A stretch of DNA of 63,296 bases, counting the filler, from Atractiella rhizophila (lineage: Eukaryota), in NCBI GenBank assembly GCA_021432655.1. It is 6 parts of 5 records of this genome, joined end to end, with 100 filler letters (N's around TTAATTAATTAA, not from the genome) between each part and the next. Parts side by side here need not be neighbours in the genome. Positions count along the whole stretch, not along the records: positions 1 to 9,996 come from MU271237.1; positions 10,097 to 19,118 come from MU271239.1; 4 more parts are not named here. One strand, written 5' to 3'. How positions within the stretch are numbered: position 1 is the first letter of the stretch; the number at the start of each line of letters is the position of its first letter. The notes below the pieces were generated by a model, which ran no database searches, was not told the DNA's origin, and worked only from the letters and a program-made list of their open reading frames with translations. Shown here piece by piece: positions 1-16,290 of the stretch. The position numbers and the translations under genes are program-made.

Positions 1-1420
1 GGAGACTGATGTTTGAGGTAACGGCGTAGAGGGAGGTTCCGGTCCGTGTTGACCATGTCACACACTAGGTCGTTCCAGAATCCACAGACGCTCCTCAGCG
101 CCAGCACAATCTCAAAGAACTCCCGATACGAAACGTGACCATCCTTCTTGTGGATCGTCGATAGACACTCTTTGAAGATGACGATGAGGAGCTCTTTGGG
201 CAAATCAGCAATGGACGTCATCGAACAGGTCTATCCTTCGCCCATCAGCTTGAGCGTTCGAACGTGGACTACACAACTACCAGGAAATTATTATTATGAG
301 GCGCTGAGATGTGGCAAGTTGTTCCTTTTCAATGCAATACAAACTAAATTTCGTAGCCTTTCTTTATTGCCGACTCGGTGTAAGGAACTTCAGCGAACGG
401 AAGCCGCTCCACCTGGATTGAATAGCTTACAGGTCAATATTACAGATGTTACTGTGTGAATGTAAAGATATACCAAAAGGAGGAGCTCTCCCTAGGGATG
501 TCTAAACTTGAGCGAGTCTGTAGAACATGAATAACTTTGCACCAACAGCAGTCGTCGATGCGGTGTTGAATACCGACCGAGATACAGAGAGCAGGCAACT
601 TTGTCAAATCATGATGACCATTCCATCTTCGCAGGACGTCAAAGTGACTTGGTGAGTTCATGCGATATCAGTATCATGGCCCTCATCCGCTGCTTGAAAC
701 ACCATTTGTCTCTGCTATCCCAAAGATTACGTGACTTAGAGATAAAGACAGGGTCCCTGAAATGCAAGCTCTCTCCTGTGACACTCTTGTATTCGGTTCA
801 TCACTCAACCAGTCCTACGCTGACTTCGGAGCTGGAAGCATGGATTATTTCTAGATAGCAATGAAAGCTGAGAAACGGGAGGAAGGAGTGAGCCAGCAGA
901 AAAACTAGGCTTGGTTGTCAAACTTGATTTCGTACACACAAAATTGACCAGCATCGTAGTAAAACTTGCAAAGCACAACTCTGCAATTCAACAATTTATG
1001 GCGTAAAATTTCTCAACACCTCCCTTCCAAACTAGCCCAAAGCGAGCGAATAGACTCACGCTTTGAGAGGCACCGATCTCGCAAACACGCCACCTTGCAC
1101 TCCCGACCTTGATGCTGTCCAAACCGAAGAAGCTCTCTAATTCCTGATAGCGACAATGAGCGTTCCTCTGCCTAAAGAGGATCGCCGACGCCGATCGAGG
1201 GTGGAGCTGAGTTGATATGGAGAAATGAATGCCCCGCCTGTCACGACAGCCGTTCTCCTGCCTCGTGGCGTGAATCCTGCCAACGAGTAATTCCACCACC
1301 GGCTTAATTCTTGCTTAATTCTCTTCTGCCTTGAGGGCTTCTTACGACTTTACGAGTTCTTATACTTGGGAGCTGCCCAGTATTCAATATTCAATCTAGA
1401 GATAAAGATCGTTGTTGAAA

Positions 1421-4400
1421 ATGTTGAGCAAGATCTTCACCGGGTCGAGTTCCAACGCGGGAACGAATCCAACCACCACCTCTCCTTCTTCCAAGTCCAC
1501 CGCGACTCCTTCCACTCGTCCTTCCTTCACACTACACCGCCAACGGCACTCAAAGACCTCCAACGAGCTCTCACCCTCCGCCTACTTCACGCCCACCAGC
1601 CCCTCGAACGCCCATCCGCACTCGCTCGCCGCATTCGACCAGCTCCTCACAAAGGGAGACACGAAACATATTTCCCTTTCGAACGAGTTGGAGGACCCGC
1701 CGAGCTCGCCGGAAGTGTTGAGGGAGGTCGAAACTCCGAAAACCGCGACGTCATTTGGTGTGGGTGTCGGTGTGAAAGAAGGAGGAGGCAGCCCTTTGTA
1801 TAATCTGTACAGTCAGAGCCAGAAGAACGTGTCCAGTCTCAATTCTTCCGCGAAAGGGTCAGTTCCTCTCTCTTTTCTTCTACCTCTATGATTGGGTGTT
1901 GGAGTAACTCAACGAGCTGTTTGTGAAATGACAGCAAGCTTTCCTCACCTTCGACGCCAAATCTTGCCTCTCCACAACAATCCTTTATAGATCACCCACC
2001 GCCTCTCCCTCCACCGTTGCCCTCCAAAGGATCGTCTTCTACATACTACGACACGGAAGAAGACATGGACCACCGCCGTTCCATCTACCGCTCCCCAGGC
2101 ACCGCGTCCTCTCCCGACCTAAAAACGCTGATCAAGAAAGCCAAAGCCTCACCCAATCCATCCCCCATAAACACGCCCAACGTCAACTCGAATGCTGCCT
2201 CCCTGAGTCCGAGAGAGAAAGAGAGGGATGGGTATTGTCACAACACAGAGAAGGAAGATCCGATCTCCCATCGTTCCAGCTCACGTCATCCACCACCACC
2301 ACCCCGTCCTTCTTTTCAAGAGAAAGAGAAGGAGAAGCAGCCAACCGCCTCCCCTGTCCAGCTTACAACCGAAACCGAAATCGAATAGACCGCCGATCCA
2401 ACACGAACCCTCGACCACGACCCTCAACTCTTTCGTCCTCGTCTCCCCTCCTCCACCCGCAGGCGCCGCTCCGCCCAACCATCCGCACCCGAGCTCTCAC
2501 GCTCACGCGCACGCGCACGTCCAAGTGCCCTTTCCGCCTTCTCCCTCCGCCTCGCCCGTCCCTGGACAAGGCATGCGACGCGGAAGCGGGAGCGGGAGTG
2601 GGAGTGGAAGCTTTGATAGAGGAGCGGGAGGAGCGATGGCTATGGGTAGGTTTAGGTCGCAGTCTAGTCAGGGCACGAAGGGTAAGGCTGGTGGGGGTGG
2701 AGGGGTGGAGGAGGAGGAGGAGGGTGGGAGGAGGGAGAGACAGAGTAGTATGGGGAAGAAGGTGCGTGGTTTTTCCTTGGTATGGGCTGTTTGTGTTGGA
2801 GAGAGAGGTTTTATTGTTGCTTGGATTACACTGTTTATGTTCTCAAAGAACGAGGATCGGGTTAGAGATGATTTGAGCCTATCCTCTTTATGCACCTCCG
2901 GGCGCGGCGCCAGCACGCCTCATGTAAATGGTGAACGAGCATGCTTCAGATAGGAGCAAGATTGCGAGAAGCGCTTTTGTTTTGTCTACTTTGGTTCTAT
3001 CTGGAGAGCGAGCACCCCAGTGTCACGCTTTCTTTTTTATCTTGGATTATCTCAGGCCATATGCTTTGTGGTTCACGAAAGCAACTGCGTATAAGAGGAA
3101 AGACCCAGTGGGGAAGGTGCAGAGGAAGAAAGGAAACGGCCCCGCTGTTGGAGCTCGATCATTCACAGAGTGGGAGCCACACATAGGGCCGTCTGTTCCT
3201 TTTCCACCTGTGTGCTTCTGACCACGGTGTGAGCATGAACGCTTGGTTCGCCGATGTGCGAAGAAGAGTGAAGCAGCTGAGAGAGTGAAGGAGAATGTCG
3301 TCCTTTGAGGTGTGATTCTGCTCGTCCGTTTTATCCTTTCTCCTCACTCCTCAATGTGCACAAGGAAGCAGGTGCCTGTGTATGAAATGGGAGTACTCGA
3401 TCTTTCATTTGACAGGGGTCGAGACTTTCGTTGTCAGTTTGGATGACTCCACTGCTTCGCTGCCTTGCGCGTGCCCAATTGTGTCGTCACAACCTGCATG
3501 GAAAGAATCATCTGCAAGCTGCTGACTTTCATCCGTTTACGACTCCTACTGATTGCGGACAGTTTAATAATATTATTTCAAGAGGAGAGATTGCAAGTCT
3601 CGTCGAGTTATCTGGCCTGATTGAGCTCCTCCGAACAGAGTAATTGACTAACCCGCTCTGTGAACAGGGCTTCCAGAACACCATGCGGAAAACATCAGGT
3701 TTCTTTCGAAAGCGGTTTGGACCGTCCCAGTCTCCATCTGCTCAGTCCTCCCCTACAACAATCCACACTACGTCCTATCCGCCCAGCGCGCCATCCTCTC
3801 CGCCACCAGTCCCCTCCGTGCCTCATACCTATCAGAATACCCTGAAGAAGCCGCGCCAAAACCATTCGCGAAATTCTGGCAGCATCGAACGCCTTGACTC
3901 TCCCGTCTCACCTTCAGCCGCAAGGGAAGGTCGTCATCTTTCCCCTCAGGACCGGCGACGATCTATGTCGTTCAATTCCGGAACAGCTTCCGCTTTATCG
4001 CAACTTCTCAACAAAGTCGCCGCTGGTGGTTCATCAAATCTCGAGTATAAAGCGAGGGACGAAGAGACTTTCAAACAGGACGTTCAGAATTGGGAGGACG
4101 ATTTAGATGACATTTTCGCCAAGATTGGAAAGAGCTATGGACTCGAGAATCAACGGAGTAGCTTTACTCCCCCGGTTGCACGAAATGTGCGAGTGGTCGA
4201 GAGTGCACCAGTCACTCCGATGAATGATAGCGGTGAGAGAGGTCGAAACAGAGCGAGTCTCGATCAGGAACGCGCTGAGCGAGCGGAAAGCGGTGGTGAG
4301 CGGCGTCGGCCAGCAGTTTGGGATCAGAAGTGGAATCTTTCGCCTTCTCCAAGTGCTGGCAACGTTAACAACCTGAGTCCAACAACAGCGGGAGGGCTCT

Positions 4401-7400
4401 ATCGGAACAAGGTCCTAAGTCACAGCACGTCAGCTCTTCCCACCAGCGGCAGTTCCAGCTCTGTTGGCAGTTCCAACACCGGTCTCGGTATCTCTGGTGT
4501 AGATGGTTCTGTCGAGGATCCTGCCAACGTACCGCCGAGCATCCGGCTCGTACCCAACAGCCCCCATACTCCCGTTCAGAATGGAGATTCCGGCAGCGAT
4601 CCAGACATGATCAAGAGGCTGAGGAATGAGCTCAGGAACACTTCAGCGCAAGGTTTGGGTAGCCCGTCTAGCAAGAGGTTGAGCTATATTGGAGCAGGTT
4701 TAGAGCCAATTCGCGAAGCTCACTCAAGAGAAAATAGTGTTGCCACGCCGACAAGTCTAGTCATACCTGGAGAGGATGGAAGACGACCGTTCCCGCCAGA
4801 CAAGCGGAGAGCATCAATGATCGAAGCCTCACCTTCGTGTTCACCAAAATTTGACGTCCCCACCATCACCCAGTCCCCCGCTTCCGCTCAACCAAGCTCT
4901 TTCAAGATTCCTCCACTGCCTCCAAACCGCAAAGCAACTCGTTCATCGATATCCGGATATCCTACTTCTCCTTCCACAACTCGATCAGCGTCTGCATCCA
5001 ACAGCTTTTCGACATCAGTAACATCCCTCGAGAGCGATAAAGCGAAGCGCGATTTAATGGAGGATGAACTCAAATTTGCGGGCAATCGCAGTGCCAGTCC
5101 CGGAGGGACATCCTTAGAAGATAAAGCGAGAGAGTTAGCATTGAAAGCATGGCATGAAGAAGAAGGGTTCTTGAAGAGGGAGAAGATTGCCGAGTGGTTG
5201 GGCGGAATCAACAGACTCAATAAAGCTGCCTGCACGGCATATCTGGAGCTTTTTGATTTTGCAGGATTAAGAATGGATGCAGCTTTCCGGAAACTTTGTG
5301 AAAAGTTGTATTTGAAAGCGGAGACCCAACAAATTGACCGCATCCTGGACGAATTCAGCAAGAGGTATTGGAATCAAAATCGTGGATTGATATACGGCTC
5401 ATCGGGTACGCTCCGTTTTCGGTGATTGGTGAATGTCTGACTTTACGGACAGATATCGTTCATGTTATTGCTTATTCGCTGCTAATGCTGAACACTGACC
5501 TCCATATTGTGGACTCGCCGACCCACATGTCCCGCGCCCAGTTTATCAAGAACACCATGTCAGCTATCCACAGTCATCGGTCTCAATCCATCAGCCGTAA
5601 TGGAACGCCAGATCCCGTTTCTGGGAGCAATCCAAGTGTTTCTGCGTTGGATGACGACTGCAGCGTCCATACAGGAGAGGAGGTCAGCAACATCCGTCGA
5701 TCATTAGAAAGGCTGAAGGAGACAATCGCGAACAACCCTGCTTCAGCTTCTAAGGTCAGATCGCAACGGACAGGAAGCATCGGCAGCTGGCAAACTCCCC
5801 CTCAGCTCGAAAGTCCAGAAGCTTCTTCGGTTCATCTCCCTACTCGCAAGGGCAGCGGGACAGTGAACACATCACTACAGGACTTAAGACATCGCAGAAG
5901 TGGGAGTTTGACTAGGACTGGCGCTGCTGTGCGCGATCGATGGTGGGACGGTGAAGTAGAAACTTTGCTGAAGGTTAGTTGTTCCACGCGCTCAATAGAG
6001 TTCCTGTCTGAAGGGTGTCCTCATCCAGGAAATGTATACCGCTGTGAAGTCCCAACCCATATTTATGATCGCCAGCAGTTCCAATCTTCTGCTCCCTGAC
6101 GCTCGTACCTCTATGTCTTTGACTTCTGGCTCTCCTTACGGCACTTGGGGAGGCGTGACCCGTTCAGGGAGCCGTCGGAGCGCAAACTCTTACGGCACGG
6201 ACCGCAACAAACGGACCAGTCTTCGAAATTTCGGAAATTTCCTTGGTCCAGGACACGAAATTGGTCGACCAGCGAGTCCAGCATTCAGTTCTTTCAGCGA
6301 TGTTAGTTCTTTCTCATCCTTGGACTAGAGTTAAATTTATTTTATGTAGGAAATGGGAGACACGAACGCATACTCCGCGCGTCAACCTGCTACAATAGGT
6401 TTCGCGAGCAATTTGACGACAACGATTATTCGCGAACAGCAAGAGGATGACGCTGCCTCTGAGAGTGGCCAATCGATCACTGAAGAGGAGCTAGCCCTCA
6501 TGGGAGCGCCGTGGGCAAAGGAAGGTCTTCTTCACCGAAAGCACTACTGGGAGAGTACCAACAAACGCAGTAAGGACAAGAACTGGACCCAGTGTTTCGT
6601 CGTCATCAGCAAAGGCGAAATGCAGATGTTTAAATTCGGCGAAGGGAGTGGAGGAGGAATGTCGTCTGCAATGGGTGGTGGTAACTGGCTTGTAAGATCA
6701 TTTTCGTGGTTTAAGTTCAGTGACCTGATCTCGAATTTCAGACCAATGCCCAATCGCTCGGAGACATATCTCTGATTCACGCCTTATGTTCAGCGCTCCC
6801 GCCCCCCGGCTACAGTCGCGACCGACCGCATGTTCTTGTCCTCACCTTGAGCAACGGTGGCTCCTACTTCTTCCAAGCAGGTACCGAAGATCTAGTGAAC
6901 GAGTGGGTCATGACCTGCAACTATTGGGCGGCTCGACTTTCGCGAGAACCGCAGGAAGGTGTCAGTAATCACGAGTATGGTTGGGGAAGGGTAGACCTAG
7001 ATCGTGAACCGCAGGAGGAGCACATAGGGCGACCGTCAAGTGTCAAGAGTGGCAAGAGTGGCAAGAGTCGTAAAAGCATGTCGAACTCTGGTCATGTCGG
7101 CGGATTTTACAATCCAAACGACAAAATTGTCATTGGGGAATGGAAGCCGCCGATTATTCCGTTTACCAAAACAAACCTTGAAGAAGACGAACAGCTCGAA
7201 AGTCTGAAACGTCATCTTGCTACTATGAAAGTGGATTTGGACAAACACCAAGAGCTACGTGGTCCCATGATGCGTCTGGTATGCCAAAACACCTTGTCTT
7301 CATAACCGTGTTAATATGGGCCTAGTTTTCACCTCGATCGCAAAATGGCCAAAAGGCGCTTGCTAATTGGGAGAAGAAGTCCAAGTGGCTCCTTGCCGAG

Positions 7401-7955
7401 ATCGTTAAATTCGAGACATATATCGAAGTCCTCGAGCGTTCTGTCAAGCTTCGCAATAAGAAGAGGGACGAAAAGCGCGTTGAAGAGTTGTTGAAGGTTG
7501 CGGATGCGGCTGATGACGCAGATGCAGCCATGGCTATGGAATCTCAGCGGGAGCAGGATATGGAGGAGGATTACGAACTCGACCCAGATAAAACTCTTGA
7601 ACAAATGCCTTCGACTCAATATCGTCCCAACTCCAGAACATCTGACCCGCCGCGATCTCCGACATCCCCTCGAGAACCTATGTCTCCAATTTCTTCCACC
7701 GGCGCTTATTCTCCTCGCACCTTTACTCATCCAGAGCAATCATTCCAACGACAGTCCATTGGACACCGAGAACCGGTTTCTCCGCGAGAAAGGGAATCAG
7801 AACCAGGACCACCCCGTGAGCGTGAACGCCCACCTCCTCTTGGACTTGCTGTCAAACGAAGCTCTGCGATGACAGGCAGTACTGTAGCGAGTACAGTCGA
7901 CGAATTCTTCGATTTCAGCCCTCAGAGCGGGAAGTCGAGCTTCGATAAAGCATAA
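1421..7955 (+). CDS. Sec7 + PH domain ARF guanine-nucleotide exchange factor (Syt1/EFA6-like), multi-exon
   Basis: ATG at 1421. Introns include 1858-1934, 2762-3667, 5406-5452, 5974-6028 and 6302-6349. Sec7 motifs FRKLCEKLYLKAETQQIDRILDEFSKRY and AYSLLMLNTDLH; PH domain from KEGLLHRKHYWE to FQAGTEDLVNEWVMTCNYWAAR. One apparent +1 frameshift near 2343. Confidence 0.9.
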
Positions 7956-8154
7956 ACCAAATGATAGCTTACAGTTTTGGGCCTTTGAGTTGATTTATCG
8001 ATTTTACAATTAATCTTATGTTCACCTTTTCTTAGCTTGTACCGTCGTTGCATTGTAGGTTTTATGCCATTCATTTGAAATAATTGGGTATTTATCAATC
8101 ATGAACATCAAAAGCCAAATCCTTTCGGTGTAAGCTTTATGCTCCAAGACGCGG

Positions 8155-9996
8155 CTAAGGCATTATAAGCAGCCTTTTAACTCTTTCTAGAAAACCTTGG
8201 TGCATTGTAGCAACTGCAGCCTTGGTACCCTCGTCCTCAGATTTGAAAGCAGGATCAAACTTGAAGGCACCATCAATAGAGTTTTCCAGCCTTTGCCGAT
8301 CTGTGTCGCTCCTCAATGGAACCGTAATAAGGACCTGAGCACTGAATCAACTTCATGCTGCAGAGAGGAAAAAGGTAAACATTCACTTCAATGATTGCCG
8401 GTATCGCTTCTGAACGAGGCATTTTCTTGTTGGGAAGGCCTCGAGCACTGATTTGTCGAATGCTTCGATCATCCATCCACATGGTAACTATCTGAGCTTG
8501 GTACCCTGAGAAAGTAGGCTGGGCAGGATGTTCAGTCCGCTGTGCTTTCCGCCAATTTGGGGAAGGAGGATGCAAGTCAGGTGGGATAATTTTCAGTGTC
8601 AGCTGGGAATATGTGTGCCTCATGAGTGGAGGTTTAAGTGCGCCGCTCCTCCTCATGATGTCCGTCAAATCCGAGGGGGTCGTATCCCACGAAGGTGTAG
8701 TGTTGAAATTTTGTCTAGCAGAAACTGGGGAGCGGCGGGAGCGACTTCGTTGTGCGGAGGAGAAAGTCTCGACGGATACGTTCTGATTCAAAGCCTCCTG
8801 AGAGTGATCGAAGCTATAAAACTGCTCGGATGTTTGGGAGTTATCGTCCTCATCAGATTCGTCGTCCTCGTACAATTGCTGCTCGCCTAGGATGTCATCA
8901 TCCTGGTCCAGGCCAGCGGAAGTTCGGGGAAGGGGAAGAAATTGAGATTGGGTATGTTTCTTGACATCTGGCATAGATCCATAACCGCTATCCTTTTTAA
9001 CAAGACTAGCTAAGTCTGCTCTTCGTCCATAGATAGTAGCCTTGGAGGTCGATGGGACAGCATTCAGGGTTATTCCTCGAGGCCTTTCTGCAACTGGAGA
9101 CGATGGAGCGGTCGTACTTAAGCGAGATTCGTCGGCTATGTGTATCAGTCGCATCATCAGCAGGCATTGAGTGTAAAATCGATCAACTGACCGTCATCTT
9201 CATCTTCAGAACTTTGAGGCTGCTTCATCACAATCACACTCCCGGTCTGAAACCATACTTGGGAATGGTAGTTGGCGAAAACCAAGAGTTGACTTCTCAG
9301 ACGCTCTATGAGCAGCATTTTTGGGGATAACCTATTCTCCCTCCTCGCACTATTAGAAACAGTGGGGGCTCGAGCTGGCAGAGGTTAAATCAGGTTCGGA
9401 CTTTTAATCATGGAAAGTGGCCCACCAATTCCAGTAAAACGCCTTTCCCTGAAAGCCTTCTTCGTCATCACGATAACATCTCCAAAACAAACGGTCCCTA
9501 AGTCAAGGTCTCGCTCCAAGGTGTAGAGTTCTTTCTCCAAATGTTGCAGTTCAGTTCGAAAGTCCAACGATGGGATGTCAGACGAAGGAGAGGCGATTTT
9601 GGGCTCTTGATAAAGGCGGCGCTTTCTCGGAGGCAGAATTTCCTCCTCCACTTCTTGGTCCGATTCCCTGAATGCTGCATTCCCCGTTTCTGCCTTATTA
9701 TGATTCTCGTTCGACTTTTCATCATCATCTGCATATATCACGTTTAGCTTCTCTTCTCCTTCTTTTGACTTCTCTTTCGTTCCATCCCCTTCATCTAAGC
9801 CGACCCCACGTGATCCCTCCGTGTCGATACTCCCATCGTTTGCACCCAGAGAATCCGGTTCGCCAACCGCCCAACGAGAATACCGGGAATACGGCAACCC
9901 ACGAGAATTCGCAAATCTTTGCGCGTGATATTCTCCGCCAGCAACAAATGGTCTATTGCTCTCAGGTTGGTAATTGTGAAAATCTTGAGATCTGGT
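8155..9996 (-). CDS. Hypothetical Ser/acidic-rich protein(s), 5' end lost in gap; exon linkage between 9385-9996 and 8273-9157 uncertain
   Basis: Open frame from the gap to 9385; 294-aa ORF 8273-9157; probable last exon ending ...ERVKRLLIMP-stop at 8155. Confidence 0.45.
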
Positions 9997-10096
9997 NNNN
10001 NNNNNNNNNNNNNNNNNNNNNNNNNNNNNNNNNNNNNNNNTTAATTAATTAANNNNNNNNNNNNNNNNNNNNNNNNNNNNNNNNNNNNNNNNNNNN
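9997..10096. other. Artificial contig spacer N44-TTAATTAATTAA-N44
   Basis: 12-mer with stops in all six frames flanked by 44 Ns; identical at five positions. Confidence 0.97.
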
Positions 10097-11009
10097 CAAC
10101 AAGCACCTGGTGTCGAGGGCGGCATTCATCCATCCTTTTTCCATGGAGGTTTTGGCGGGGTTCCATTCCCGACCACCGAACAGCCAACATCTCCTGCTCC
10201 TCGAGCATCCCAAACTGAACCGTCCTCTCCGACAATGTCCGAGTTCCCCAACCCTCACGCAGTGGGAATTAATCGACATGCCTCTCTTAGTGGTACCCCC
10301 AGCAGCCCGAAGAAGGTGAAGACCCCCCCTGTTGGAAAAAAGATTAAGCCACCTCCAAGCTCTGAAAACGAAAACTCGAGTCTCAATCTCCAATCTCTCT
10401 CTCCTTCGTCCCTTCTCTCGTTATCGACTTCGAGGGCTTTCGCGCCGCCGCCGAAACCGTTTAAATGCCCCGTTCCTGGCTGTGAAAAGAGCTACAAACA
10501 GATGAATGGTTTGAAGTATCACCGAATCCATGGTCATTGCAACGCAACGGTTACGGTACCTATGGATGGAGTGACTGGAGGCGAAGGTGACGCAAACCGG
10601 AGCGGAGATGCAGCCATGTCGAACGTAAATGGAGGCAATGGCGTTCACCAGATCGAATTACCATACGACGTGGAGGAAAGCAAGCCATTCATGTGCCATC
10701 AAGGTGGCTGCGGCAAGCGTTATAAGAAGTCGGTCATTTCTCTTGACACCTATTGATCAGCCAACTGACTTCTCATTCAGTATGAATGGATTACGGTATC
10801 ATTATTCACATTCAGGCCCCCACGGACAACTCGGCCTTCAGCTGCTCAACACAGGAAGTCATCCACCACCGCAATATCCCTCAGGCTATATCCCCCCACG
10901 CCATCCAAATGCCAATGTTTCGAATCAGAGCAGCAGAACCGGCAGTCGCACGACGTCAGAAAGCCCGCCGCCGTCGATGGACCGCAAAGGCTCACAAATG
11001 CAGATGTGA
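10097..11009 (+). CDS. SFP1: Sfp1-like split C2H2 zinc-finger transcription factor, 3' part
   Basis: KPFKCPVPGCEKSYKQMNGLKYHRIHGHC and KPFMCHQGGCGKRYK(N)MNGLRYHYSHSGPHG; intron 10729-10780; frame open from the gap. Confidence 0.85.
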
Positions 11010-11664
11010 GCCACTCGCCTCGGTTGATGGTGGACCATCTTCTGCAGGCTTTGCTGGTTCACCAATGGATGGTTAAGGATTAGCGTTTCATTCAACTGAA
11101 TGAGGGCAGAGTCGCACATTTGCACGTCCGTTTTATGTTATTACTTTACCGTGAAGACGTGCGATAGTTGTCTTGTCGTTCAAACGTCCCTTAATTTTCA
11201 TTCGTTCTTGCTCGTATAGTTCAACCTACTTCCCAGATCGATTACTAGATCCTATTTCTTTTCAGCTCATTCTTCCCACCGGACTTTCCACTTCACCCGC
11301 TTATCCATTACCTTTACCTTCTGTGAAAATGTTCAAGTTACTATTATCAGTGCACAGCCTTGCTTTTCCCTTCTGAGGATGGAAAAATATGTACACGCAG
11401 TCGATCGAAGTTGGTCTAGTATCGCTAATGCTGTTACCCTTGATTCTTTATCATTTTCGATTTCATTTCGCTGCTGCGATCTCTGTTATACATGCTGTAT
11501 CCTACAAGGTTTCCAACCATCACTGCCTCCACACTCTCAGTGGGCACAAAGTGCAATTGCACATGGTAATGATTCAGATCAGATCAAATGCACCTCATAC
11601 CAGGCATCCTTCATCTTGGTCAAGTAACTCAACGCCACGTCCTGAATCAAGAGGAAAGTTCGCA

Positions 11665-14231
<2,567 letters not shown>

Positions 14232-14644
14232 CCTCGCTGTTCAGCCAAGGCACCAGTTTTTTGGTTTGGAATCTTTCAATGGCGACCGATACTGTCACAA
14301 TACTTGAGGCGGAAAGCAGAATCAACAACTTCTGTGATGGTGGTCCCTTTGGTCGTAATAAGGTGCAACTTACGCCTTCCTGATGCGAGATGTGCCAGCG
14401 TTGGGCTAGATTAGATTCTGGGGCAACCGCGCAACCAATGGGGAAGCCAACGTCTCAACTCAACAGCGTTTGCGTTGTTTCTGCACCGTCAGGGAATGAG
14501 ACATGTGCATCTGCATGAGATGCTTTGGTATTACATTATTAACTTTCAATTTTTGCACGTGGCGGACACAATCCTAGAACTATTGGTTTTGAGACTCTCT
14601 CGTCAAAGACTCGTACGCTGGGAAGTAAACAACAGAGCGAATGC

Positions 14645-16200
14645 TTATCCGCTGAAGTATACAGCGGGTCCAGCAACAACATGGGGATTGATTAAGCTGG
14701 TATTATATGGCGTAACGTGCAGATTTGTATCTGTGATAGCGATGAACATAGTCGCCTATTACCTCGTAGTTGCAATGAGCTTTACTCCAGAAGGGAGCCA
14801 CTCACGTTAACTATGAATGGGGCAGTGTCGTTCCCGAGACCCCTCAAGATCGAATTTGGGAATAATCTGGCATCAGGCTGTTTTGTGAAAGCGGAGTGTC
14901 CATCGCTCGAAAAATTAGTGAGAGGGGTATAAGTGACATTGAGCTGGGAGATCCATGCTGCGAACTGCATCGCGTGATGTCAAATACTGTTCAAATCCTA
15001 GGTATCGATAGAGACGTACCTTCGGCTTCCCAGCATTTGTCTCTGTTTTGTACAGACCGTTTCCATAACTAACGTTCTTCCCCGGTTTCTCCCATTGCAA
15101 CTGAACCATCCTACCTGGAGCGGTTAAGTCGCTAGTATTTCGCGAAACAGCAGCATTCGCAACGACCGGATTGGGATTGTTGAGGATCTTGAGAGCAGGG
15201 AAGTTCTGCCATTGGATCTTTGGATTTTCCTTGGGACAAGACGCGAGATAAGGTGCGAGAAGGGTCCAAGCCCTTCGATCTCCATCAGATGGGACCTTGT
15301 TACAGACTCAGATTACGCACATAGACTGCGGCAGACCCATGTTATGCCATTGCGGCATTGGGAAGAGACCCTCAAATTGTCGGAAGATCATTTCCTGACG
15401 GGCTTCGACGGTGATGCTCTATACAACGCCGTCAGTTCATTATCCATTGTGATTCTAATACTGACCTGAAGCAGGATCTGCGCAGCTGGACGAGAGTCAA
15501 GATGAGGTAAGAAGCCGTAAACACCAGCTTCTCCCCACCTCGTCAACGCCGAGCTAAAAGCTAAAAACCCAGGAACGTCGTTGAATGGATACCTGACCAC
15601 CTTCATCAGATGACAGACGGAGGAGGACAGAACAACGAACGTGTAGTTGCACCTCTTGGCTGCCTTTGGGCCTAGAATGTTTGAAAGAGCAGTTGCATGC
15701 CCGACCTCTTGGTCCGCCCTACCATCACTTATCAGCAAGTTGAAACAGTAGGATCGAGAGAGATCACATTTCCTGAAGTAGGTAACGTCCTTCAGCATTG
15801 ATTCCGTGCGCATCGAAGTCAGCATCTGAAAACCTTGCGAGACCGTGATGGAACAAGTCGAGCTCAATGTATTCTTGATTGAGGGCCAAATTCTGTGCAT
15901 ATTCATCAGGAACAGACAGGAGTTGGCTAGAGGAGAGACGTACAAGCGACTGAAAATCAAAATTGGATAGAGGCACATACTTAGGAGGCGGATCAGAAGG
16001 TTTTACTCCAACGCCTGTACGTGACAGAGCAAGTATTAGCAGCTGCCCACCGAAAGGCAGGAAGACGTACCTCCTGAAGGCATATGTGGACCATCGAGCG
16101 CTCCATTGAAGGGCTGTTCAGAGTTGTAGTTGTTCCTTTCGACATGCTCCAACTGAGCTGGTAGCGCGCTCACGACAACAAGCAGAGAGAGGAAGAGCAT
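14645..16200 (-). CDS. rds1: Secreted ferritin-like (Rds1-type stress response) protein
   Basis: Hydrophobic N-terminus MLFLSLLVVVSALP; NLALNQEYIELDLFHHGL, ADQEVGHATAL, TRWGEAGVYGFLPHLDSR; last exon ends HVVAGPAVYFSG-stop. Confidence 0.85.
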
Positions 16201-16282
16201 TTTTGAGGCGTTGCTTTCTATGGTCGGAACGATTTGCTGTAATTTGAGCGCGCTTGAGCTTTGAGGACAGGTACATTCAGGC

Positions 16283-16290
16283 TTTTTATA
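16283..16290 (-). promoter_or_regulatory. TATA box for the rds1-like gene
   Basis: TATAAAAA on the minus strand ~85 nt upstream of ATG 16200. Confidence 0.5.

Noticed and set aside
1..1300. Short ORFs possibly from a decayed F-box/LRR gene
   Set aside because: Only a vague LKELPI match; no coherent frame or splice model.
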